Made by a program: the position numbers and the translations under genes. From NCBI GenBank assembly GCA_002269645.1, contig NIVC01000435.1:97099-161098 (forward strand): DNA of 64,000 bases, read 5' to 3'. Origin of the DNA: Macrostomum lignano (lineage: Eukaryota). A model generated the notes under the pieces. The model saw nothing but the letters and a program-made list of their open reading frames with translations, was not told where the DNA came from and made no database searches. Below, piece by piece: positions 1-11,058 of this stretch; the stretch's first letter is position 1, and every line of letters begins with the position of its first letter.

Positions 1-3000
1 AAGTCTCTGCTATCTCATTATTTGGTTCTAATTATTTGGGTGAACCTATTTATCAGCTTAGGTAATTAGGTCAGGTTGGATTACTGTCTGTTTAAATCAA
101 GTGACTCTTAAACTACAAGTGAAAAAGGTGAGAGGTTGAATAAGTGGCAAGGAAGGTTAGGTTCTGGCTTGGTTTTAATATTGGTTTATTTAGAATTTTT
201 AGTCTTTTGCATTAGAGAATGATTCAGATAGTACATGACTACTTTTTATTGGCTGAGATTGAGTTGTGTCCTTGGGCTTAGCAACTAATTTTTGTTTGTT
301 GGAGTGCATTGATTGGTTGGAAATATATTCAAATTTGCTTGTTAAAGTGCATTGATTGGTTAGAAATACATTAAAATTTGCTTATTGGAGTGCAATAATT
401 GATTAGAAAAGGATTAAAATTTGCTTGTTAAAGTGCATTAATTAGTTAGAAATATATTCTTTTAGGGCCAAAATGTATGACTTTAATTATACAATATATA
501 AAACAGTTTGGGTATAGATAAGCAAAGTAAGATCTAAAATTATATTCTAATAGGTATCAAAAAGTAGAGACAAACAAAAGAAAACAAGTAACAAGATGGC
601 CACATACCAAGATAGCCACAGCTCTAAATGTTTAAATAGATAATAATAAGACTAGGTACATATATTTAACTCCTTTCCTTTTTTAGTAATTAGGAAAATA
701 GACGTTATAATAGAATTGTATTATAATCATTCCATTTGGACTTTAGCCTAGCTTTTATTGTAGCCTGACCTATAGGGGCCTACCTATTTATCCACTACAT
801 GAAGCAAGTAACCTAACACAAAATAAATACCCTATGACATTCCCATATTTATCCTAATTATTTGCATAGCTAGCATTATCATTAGCAATAGTTTCTTAAT
901 AAACTGATCGTGATAGATTTGATAGATGTGATGATAGAGAATAAATTGGCAAAAACACTAAAAAATATTAAAGGTTTTTTATTATAAGCAGGCCTAATTA
1001 GTTTCAAATCTATTATTGTATTAGTATTTATGAATATAATTGATTAAACAAAAATAATTTAATATATTATATTGCTAATTTATGATAGATAGAAAGAGAA
1101 TAGATATAATAAATACTCAATGTTGTGGCCATCTTGGTGTATGGCCATCTTGGTCTTACACCCTTATCAAATACCTTGATTTACAAACTTAAAAGCCAAC
1201 TATTTTTATATTTTGATTAATATTAATAAATATATTTAGAATTAAGTTTTTTATTTTTTTTATTTACTTTTTTATTTTTATTATTACTTTTTTAGTTTTA
1301 TATTACTATAAATATTGCCAATATTATTGATACAGGAAGTTAAACAGGTTGAACTGAAATAAATTAATGAATACCTTAATAAATAGTTTATAGTTATCTT
1401 ATTATAATCAGAGACTATTTCATATTTAGCCTTGTAACTGTATCTTTTATTTTCATAATGAGTTTAAACTAACTAAAGCTGCTAAATTCAGTTTAGGTGT
1501 GAATATAGCTTAGCATTTTTATTAGCTTGTACTATATCTATAAATAATGGAAAGTACAAAGGAAGCCAAGGGTGTTTCAAAACTAAAAAAATGATGAATG
1601 ATATCATACCCCACTTATTTGCCTTCAAAAGGATGGATTTGTGGTTAAATGTAACTGGACCATAGCTACAAGTAATATACATTATATAAACTTAGTATTT
1701 ATTTTAGTTGTGTAAATAATGTGTAAATAGGCCCCTAGGCCTATACTATGTAAATAATGACGGTACCCATTAAATGGGTGCCCATTTTTTAGCCATTTAA
1801 TTAGGGAAATTACTTTTTAAACCTTAAGTCTGGGGTTCTAAAAAATCTACTAAAAGTCTAGGTCTAGCTAGTCAAAGACTAAAGCTTTTGAAATAATTAT
1901 TGTTTATTTAGAAAAGTGAAAACCTATATTTTTTAAATCTATTCACAAAAGATATTTTCACAAAAATATATCATCGCAGTCAATGTATGTTTTGAAAAGC
2001 TACTAGCAAAGCAAAGCAAACCGACCGATATTACGCACCGCGTGCGTAAAGATCGGTGATATGATAATAATGTATCTACGAAACTTGAATCAATCGATCA
2101 TGATTAAATGATGACAATTATGAAAATCAAATTTGTTTGTAACACTTAATTCTACGTCACAGTAAAAAAGCTCCAATTTATTTACTTCTTGTGCACTAAA
2201 GCTTTGCTTTTGAAATTCAAAATCAGTTGAAAGTACAAAGCAAAAGCTTAAAAAAGAAATTACTGCACTTTTTGTTGAAACTATAAAATATTTAGGTAAG
2301 TAATTCCGGCAGAGTATTTTTTGAAAACTCTCTAACATTACTTACTTACTTTTCTAAAATTCCGTTCTGAGTGAATTCTTTTTTACTTTGTGTTAGGAGC
2401 AGCAAAAAATCTAAGTACTGTTAAAGCCAGGTTTATGTGAATAAATATTACAATTATCAGCCAGTCATCCCACCTAATAAACTTTAGTACTTAATATTAA
2501 TATTATTGCTACTAATGTTAAATATTTCTTTAGTAAAAAAAATACAAGTTTTTGTTTTTCCTGGGAAATTGAGCCAATTATAAAATATAAAATTGTTAAA
2601 AAAAGTGCAGTAATTTGAAATTAGTATATTCTAACACGCGCGCAATTTAGCAACTAGATTTTTTAGACTTACGCCGGACTTATACCGCATATTTCTTACA
2701 CGGTCATCATTATTTAAGAAGTCTGTGGTGGCATCTTCTTTATCTGATTTTACCTCACCTAAAATGGAAAAAGAAAAGTAAGTCTTCTACAAAAATCCTT
2801 TATTTAATTTGACATTTACTTTTGGCCTATTAATATTGTCTGCTATACATTAATTAGGCCTATAATTACAACTAGGGGCCTAACTTTTATTAATTTATTA
2901 ATAAAACCTAAAAGCCAATAATGACAATAAGTTTGCTATTTAATAATAAATAAATATAAAAATAAGTCTAAATTATATATTTTGCTAGCCCAAACCCTAA

Positions 3001-3709
3001 ACTCTTGTCCAGACTCCAATCCAATCCAATATAAGTTAGACCTAATATGACCTTTATGCCCTATGTTATGGCCCTATGCCTATGGGCTTATAAACAGATA
3101 TCAATCGCATCTAGTAGGCTAAGCTAGGCCTAGGCCTATATATTTTATTTTATTTTATACTCTATTGATTATAATTGATCACTATTGTTTTGGTCACAAC
3201 TGACAAGATATTTTGGTCACAGTTTTTTTGGTGACAAGAAAAAGACCTTTCTGGTGATAGCCATTGTGGTTAAAGTAGAAAATTATCTTGCTAATCATAA
3301 CTGATACAAAACCCAAATTTTTTGTTTCTGAAATTACAAAGTATTTTTTATTCATTTTTGTTCATTCACTATTATAGAGTAATAATGTTTTGAATTTGTA
3401 TGGCAAAATCCAAAAACGTCGGATAAAACGGTAAAACAAATCTGCGGACATTCGATGGAAAGTAATGTATCTAAAAAAGGTTTTTGAAAGATAGATAGGT
3501 CTTTAGAAAATAGTTCTGGATAAAAACTATTGTTTTCATGTTTTATATTGTTGAATAAATAAGAAAAAACCACAAAAAAGCATTTTGAAAGTCCAAGTTG
3601 ACCGATTTGCAGTTTTTTGTTTCACTTTTTTTCATTATTAAACAAATAATTTTAAGACTTGTAGGCCTTAGAGAAGGCTAATTTTTTTACTACTTACAAA
3701 ACAGAAAGT

Positions 3710-5716
3710 AGGGACTCCAGTGAGGTTACCGTAAAGCTGATAATTACACGAAAAATCGTAAAATAATGTTTTTTAAAAATGAAATTGCCATGCATAGAAA
3801 ATGTTTATAGTAAAAACAAAATATACATGTTAAAGAAGAGTTTCTATTCTTTTTAATGAGATAAAGAAACAAAAAATATATACATTGTATGCCGAGTAAT
3901 GTCCCACTGAACTTCGTCTTTTTTTTAATACACTCGTTTTGTTGCCAAAAAAAGTGACTTTCGAAAGTTCGTTTTTTTTGTTGGAAAGCAATTATTTTAA
4001 CAAAATATAACTATTTATTGATACAAACAACTATATTTACAAACATTTTTTGACATTTTTAGAAGAAATTTTTTTTCTTTTCTCCCTATTTAGACAGTAT
4101 AAAAAAATTAAAGTTGAATAAAAATCGTACCCGTATTTCCGAAGCTTAGTAAAACCCGGAAATGAATGCTACTCCGTAATATGATTACATTAAAAAAAAC
4201 CGCACATGTCTATCTACATCCGCCAAAAAGTTATTGAAGCCTGTTTTTTTCCTATCTCTTCAGTGTAAAATAGACGGATAAAACAGAAAATTTAAATTTT
4301 TTTCTAGCAGTAATTTCCGAAGACTATTCTTCTACTGCATTTAATAGAGGAACTTATAGGAATTCTTCACAGCACTTTTATATCTTTCCACATACATCCG
4401 CCGAGGAGCAGCAGCAATGTTTGCTTTTTAGTAGCGATACTACTTACATACTACTTCTATAAAAAGTGGCTTATTATGGCTTTTCTTAACCAAAAAGAAG
4501 ACGTTTTACCATTGCAAATTAGTTTTGAAGGCAAAATAATACAAATAAATGTATGCTTTAGCTTATTGAGCTATAGCAATTGCAATCCCAATAAATGACC
4601 CCTTGAATGCACGTAACCTTGGTCTGCAATTCAAACTCCCATAAAAATGAACTGAATTTCATAAGAAATTGTGTTTATTCCATTTGTAAGTTTAATAAGC
4701 AACTTCACAATATACAATTTTAAGTACAATATATTTTTAAATACTTCTTTACACTTGTTTACAGAAATGTTCATCGGTAACTTTATTCACAATATACAAT
4801 TTTACAATAAGGATAGGCTCAATCAAAAAATATACAAGACAATAATAGTATCAACAATTATTTACCTATATGTTTTACAGTTAAAAAGCAAAGCAGACAA
4901 TATACATTATGTGTGTAAAGACAATAAGCATTAAATATATGCTAACTTCAGTCTTCAGTTGCAGCTACTCAACAAGCAATAATATTGGAAAAAAAGAACA
5001 AGAGCTTTTAAATAAACCAAAGTACACAAAAAAAACATTTTCATATGTTTTTCATTAAAAAAACAAATCAAACTTTATATATATTCATTAGTCTAAAAAA
5101 TATAATCATTCAAAGTTGAAAAATGTGCAATTTTAAGATATGCTATCAAGTTCCAGTAGCAAAAAAGTCACAAAATTGGTGAATTTTTTAACCTTTGTCA
5201 ATATATAGGAAAAAATGGTATAAAAATATATACTTTTATATGTTGTGGAGTAAACAAATAAAAAAGATTTCAGAAAAAGCAATTAACTTTTAAATAATAG
5301 TCATTTGAAATTTTAATTTTGCTCTATTTTTGATGTGCATTTTTCACTTTTTAAAAATTCAAATGCAAACCCCAAGAAAGATACATTAGAAAGAATAAAA
5401 ACAATTTGTTAATCTTATGTAGAACTGCTTGGTCTTTAAAATGATACCAGACTCAATATTGTATATTGAATAGCAAAAAAGATATGACAACAAAAAGTGA
5501 AAAATTTTGTTTTTGTACATCTAATGGCAACAATCTATAATGTATTTTTCCTATCTAAAAAACGTAATTTTTTGGGCACAAAAAATGCTATAACTTTTTT
5601 ATTACTCAACCAAATTTAATAAGTGAAGCCATTTTGTGATGCTGTTATTGTCCTCTATCAGATATATATCTGAAAATATATAAATTTTAAAGTTTCAAAA
5701 TCTCACTGGAGTCCCT
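3710..5716. mobile_element. Non-autonomous DNA transposon, 15-bp perfect TIR, 9-bp TSD (Mutator-like by TSD length)
   Basis: AGGGACTCCAGTGAG (3710-3724) / CTCACTGGAGTCCCT (5702-5716), flanked by ACAGAAAGT at 3701-3709 and 5717-5725; AT-rich interior with no intact ORF. Confidence 0.8.
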
Positions 5717-6014
5717 ACAGAAAGTAATCTGTGTTTTACTTTTTATTTAATTCAAAAAGATGAAGTATTTCTAAGGATTTCAAAGTTTTTTTAAAACCAT
5801 ATAAACTCGCGAAAATTCATACTAATATAAAGTGCAAAGTTTGCCAGCAAACATCTTTCTCTAAAAGTAAATATATCGCTAATTCCTTGTTGCAAAATAA
5901 TCTTTAAGTTGTTTTCTTTCATTTAAATATCAACTTGCATAGTATTAGTATTTGTAATATGCCTATATTTAGACTTAAAAATTTTGGGTAAAAAATGGTA
6001 CCACAAAATGTGAA

Positions 6015-7070
6015 CCCGGCATCCAAATCAGATGCTTACTGTATGCTCATTAAGCGACAAAGAACAATGAAATTACACTAAAACATGTATCATTGCGGCG
6101 TGTATGCAGGAAAAAAAGAATTTTCCAAATTGCTTAAGTAGAAGCTGAGTAAAATGCAATTTTCCAATCCTTATGGGAATTCCAATGTGTTACCCGGCTT
6201 CCAAATCAGATGCTTACTGTATGCTCATTAAGCGACGAAGAACAATGAAATTACACTAAAACATGTATTATTGCGGCGTGTATGCAGGAAAAAAAGAATT
6301 TTCCAAATTGCTTTAGTAGAAGCTGAGTAAAATGCAATTTTCCAATCCTTATGGGAATTCCAAGGTGTTACCCGGCTTCCAAATCAGATGCTTACTGTAT
6401 GCTCATTAAGCGACAAAGAACAATGAAATTACACTAAAACATGTATTATTGCGGTGTATATGCAGGAAAAAAAGAATTTTCCAAATTGCTTTAGTAGAAG
6501 CTGAGTAAAATGCAATTTTCCAATCCTTATGGGAATTCCAATGTGTTACCCGGCTTCCAAATCAGATGCTTACTGTATGCTCATTAAGCAACGAAGAACA
6601 ATGAAATTACACTAAAACATGTATCATCGCAGCGTGTATGCAGGAAAAAAAGAATTTTCCAAATTGCTTTAGTAGAAGCTGAGTAAAATGCAATTTTCCA
6701 ATCCTTATGGGAATTCCAATGTGTTACCCGGTTTCCAAATCAGATGCTTACTGTATGCTCATTAAGCAACGAAGAACAATGAAATTACACTAAAACATGT
6801 ATCATCGCGGCGTGTATGCAGGAAAAAAAGAATTTTCCAAATTGCTTTAGTAGAAGCTGAGTAAAATGCAATTTTCCAATCCTTATGGGAATTCCAATGT
6901 GTTACCGGGTTTCCAAATCAGATGCTTACTGTATGCTCATTAAGCAACGAAGAACAATGAAATTACACTAAAACATGTATCATCGCGGCGTGTATGCAGG
7001 AAAAAAAGAATTTTCCAAATCGATTTAGTAGAAGCTGAGTAAAATGCAATTTTCCGATCCTTATGGGAAT
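6015..7070. repeat. 178-bp satellite, ~6 copies
   Basis: Unit starts at 6015, 6193, 6371, 6549, 6727, 6905; copies are near-identical. Confidence 0.95.
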
Positions 7071-8760
7071 TTGTATGTTTAAATAATAAACTTACGTTGA
7101 ATACAATTTATTGCAAACAAACTCTACAAAATACACGTTGTCAAGAGTAACGAAAGTGGTAAACAAATAAACCCTTGAAAATAATGTTAAATATGTTGTA
7201 GAATTATAGAGTGTAACATTATAAGATAGTTAAAGTTAATAAAATACATTATTATAGCTTTTCTATCATTTTCATTAGACTCATTTTAGGTCATAATTAA
7301 ACTTACCGTTTTAACAAATCATTTTATTAAAAATAAAGCTATACAAAAATAATTTGTGCTTTAATAGACTTTTTTACCTTTTAAAAACTTGAGTAAATTT
7401 ATTTTATAGCTTTATTGCTTTCAAATTGCCAAAAAACGAATTTTCATAAAACTTGCCCCCGATTTTTGGATTTCACCATATATTTTCTAAATCCAAGGTG
7501 TGTATATTTCTGTTAGTTATGTCTCTGCTTTTCTCATAGTCAGCATTTTGTAATGAAGATCCTTGAATATATTTATGGTCTATATGAGGTTAAGGCAGAG
7601 AAAATTTTCTTGGAACACATGGGATTTGCTGACACCAATAAGATGGGCAGATTCTGCATTTGAATTGCCACTAGCATTGAGTTTGCACAAATAAAATCCG
7701 GAAAATTGTGCAGACAAATCACTATGAAATTCTTTTCTCCTGTTTTACTCCAACTGCCGGGGTCCTCAATTCCAGGGGGGGGTAGTCATAATCAATTGTA
7801 GCAAAGCAGTCATTAAAGCGGCATGGTCGTTCAGATGGTAGACACCAGAGATTCTGACACCGTAACTTAATGTGTCATTCTGTTGAGCTGATTACTAACA
7901 GCTGCTACCACCATAATTTATGTATTATGGAACGTTGAAGTCTTGGGCTTTCTTGGAGTTCAGAACTTTGGGTTGTTTTATGCCCTATAGGCAAATAACT
8001 CTATATAAAGTATAGACTTAATAAACAAACAATTACTTATTAATATTGCTGTTTTTTATTATTGTAATTGTAATTGCAATTAATTTTAATACAAGATAAT
8101 AGCTAATGTGAAAGAACTAATGAGACGGTCTATCGACTGATGAGTCTGACGTATCGGGTGCTGAGTAAAATATTAATAAAGTTTAACGCAAAGAGCTAAA
8201 CAGCAAATAGAGAGAAAAGTAATAAAGGAAAGGCAAAAAAAGCATGGAAAACAAGCACCAGACAACACGGTATAAATAATAAGATTTTCTCGCCAAAGGG
8301 CAAGGCATCCATGGATTTAGTGGATGGAAAATGTTAGCCACCACCAAAATCCTTCGCTGTAATGCAAAACCTATTGAAAAAGATTATTAAGGAGAATTAC
8401 ATTGTTTAGGGTAGTAATTAAGGCATAGTGTGGAGAGGCAAAATACATTTGATAGGACAGAGCCCGCCTGGGTCAACCAGTGGCATAACGTCAGGAGCTT
8501 GCAGTGGCAAATTTACGTAAAATTACTTGAAATTAAAGCATACTAATATTATTAATATCAAGTAGTGATGTTTCAAATTTCGACACCATTCATCAAAAAT
8601 CATTTCAAAATTTTGGTTATATTTTAACAATTTACACATTGATGATCATGCTACACGAGAAAAAAAATCTATAGGAAGTGAAAGGAAGTGCGGTTCAAAG
8701 ACTCAGTGGGGAGGTGAGAATTGCCTTTTCTACAAGAAAGATATAGATATAGATAGCCTA

Positions 8761-9057
8761 CCTGATTGCAGCGCATGGGCATTTTGGCGGACGGTGTCCG
8801 GCGCGGATCAGCCTGCGCGGCGCAGCATTGGTGGTGGACCAGGGGTAAGTCGCAAAAATGCCACCCCATAGAATATGGGCGTAGTACTAATTAGATGCCG
8901 AGGCATTTAGGCTTGATAAGACAGTCATAGTTACTCCTGCCGTTTACCCAAAACTGCATTAATTTTGCTTTAGGTTTCTTTCACAGGTAAGTCATTTCAC
9001 AGTGTGGCGCAGGTTGTGTAGGCGTCTGGCGTACTTAAGCCATGCGCTGCAATAGGG
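8761..9057. mobile_element. MITE (~297 bp) carrying a 28S rRNA-like core
   Basis: TIR CCTGATTGCAGCGCATGG / CCATGCGCTGCAATAGGG; TSD (G)ATAGCCTA at 8752-8760 and 9057-9065; core 8886-8949 is the reverse complement of the 28S H68-H71 segment. Confidence 0.85.
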
Positions 9058-9984
9058 ATAGCCTAAATATAGACATACTACATATACTAATACTATACAA
9101 GTTGATATTTAAATGAAAGAAAACAACTTAAAGATTATTTTGCAACAAGGAATTAGCAGTATATTTACTTTTAGAGAAAGATGTTTGCTGGAAAACTTTG
9201 CACTTTAATAAGTATGAGTCTTCTGTAAACTTTCATTATAGATCCAGAATTTCCACCCGGATCTAATTGCATTACTAGAATAGGAAAAAATTCTGAGTGA
9301 ACACAAAAAATTCTAGGCAAAATTCCAGGTGAAAAGTTCAACTAATCTAAATCTAAAATCTAAAAGTTTCTTTTAAATAAAATTTTTTCTAGTATAGGTT
9401 AAGATATGCAATGATCTTGACCATAGATTATTATTTATAATTGTCTAAGTATACTAATTGATATAACCTAGGATTATTATAGAGCTACACTTTAAATCTA
9501 TTTCATGATATGCTAGAAAAAGTAATCTCATATGCTATAAATTTAAGTTTATGCTAAAAAATTAACTTATGATATTTATATATATATACCAGATATCAAA
9601 AAGGCATTGCAACACTAAAGGACCTTTTTGTATTGCAACAATAAAGGACCTTTTTTGCATTGTGGCAATATAGGACCCTTTCTTGCATGATTACATTTTA
9701 TTCTTTTGTATGCCAATAGCTACACCATATGTTGGCTTTGTAGCATACTTTTCTGGCAGATTTTTTGTGTGCTAGAAACTTTATACCAACCATTTTTTAT
9801 ATCTGTTGTATGTTAGAATTTTTAGCATATATGTAAGCCCTATTGGAATAGAATCACCAAAACCTGCAGATGCTGCACAGGGGTACTTCAAAGGGCCTTA
9901 TCACAGCCCTATTGGAATAAGTGGCTTGGACATTCCTGTGCAAAAGACTAAAAACAGTTAATTTACTTATGTGCATATGCAACT

Positions 9985-10150
9985 AGGTAAATGGCAAGAG
10001 TAACTATGACTATCTTATTAAGACTAAATGCCTCATTATTTAATTAGTACTACATCTATATTCTTTTTAAATGGGCATTTTTGTTACTCATCCTTGGTCC
10101 AACACAATTTACCTGGATCTGCTAGGTTGGCCAGCAGTTGAACATGTATG
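9985..10150. mobile_element. Decayed copy of the 28S-core MITE family
   Basis: 66/79 ungapped identity to the reverse complement of 8871-8949; ends in GTTGAACATGTATG (10137-10150), 12/14 to the TIR of the 25451 element; left end not found. Confidence 0.7.
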
Positions 10151-11058
10151 ATTTCTAGAAATCATTGATGCAGTTTAACAATTTTTCTGCAAATAATTAT
10201 TGTACTGTATTTATATAAGAGTGGGTTATATAGGATAATAAATCCCTAAATTTTTGGCTTAAGATCTTATCTCTCTTTATTGATCATTAAGCAAGGCATA
10301 TATTAGATTTGAATTGTATCTTTATAAATGGAGCCTTTAGATAACAGTGCTATCTATTCTAAAGTGAATATAGAATAGATGAGTTATTCTATATTCAACT
10401 TTATTCTACAATAATTGATATAAGTAGATTATATTAAAATGACTATAGAACAAAACTGAAAAAGATATCTGTTTCACTTTATGTTTATCTTTTTAGGAGA
10501 TTAGAGATTATAGCACAAAAATAAAAAAAATATTAAATGTAGTTTCCACACTAACTAATTTCAGTCAATCATTCTAGAGACAGAACCCCTAAGCATTAAA
10601 CCAAAACATTAGAATTGAACATATAATAGGCTTATGTTCATTTTTTAGCATGCTTTTATACGAATATGCACCTTCTCCCATTTAACTTTTGTCTTACAAT
10701 TGTGATTGACTAATTGACATTTAATAGTTTGAAAACTTAGTGATAGATAATTTTTTTGTATTGAAATCAAATAAATGTTTAAGCAAATAAACTTCATGCC
10801 TATTTATCAATGCTATTACTTTCTGATTTAAGTGCTTATAGTAGTAGCTATTTTAATTTAGTCTAGGCTTTTGGAGCTAGGTAAGTTTTGTTGTGACATG
10901 TTTTCTATCAAAATCCCTAAATTCAGATTTTAGATCGATATTTAAAAGTAAAGACATTAGAGTATTTAACAAATTGTTATTATAGTTGGTTTTATTTTAA
11001 CAAAGAGTTGGATGTTTTTTTTAATTTCAGTTTCAATCCTTTGGTTTATGATTCAAGA

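Noticed and set aside
590-1155. MITE defined by inverted CAAGATGGCC doublets at ~592-620 and ~1125-1153
   Set aside because: Similarity does not extend convincingly and there is no TSD; at most a very old relic
7560-7700. Tc1/pogo-like HTH remnant on the minus strand (NSNAESAHLIGVSKSHV)
   Set aside because: Short, bounded by stops, with no DDE region or TIRs; cannot be supported without a profile search
8138-8170. Hammerhead ribozyme or C/D snoRNA at CTGATGAG
   Set aside because: No stem II followed by GAAA, and the C-to-D spacing is too short
8886-8949. Genuine 28S rRNA gene or NUMT
   Set aside because: Similarity is limited to ~60-110 nt inside TIR/TSD-bounded elements, the H69 stem is disrupted, and the sequence is cytoplasmic-LSU type rather than mitochondrial
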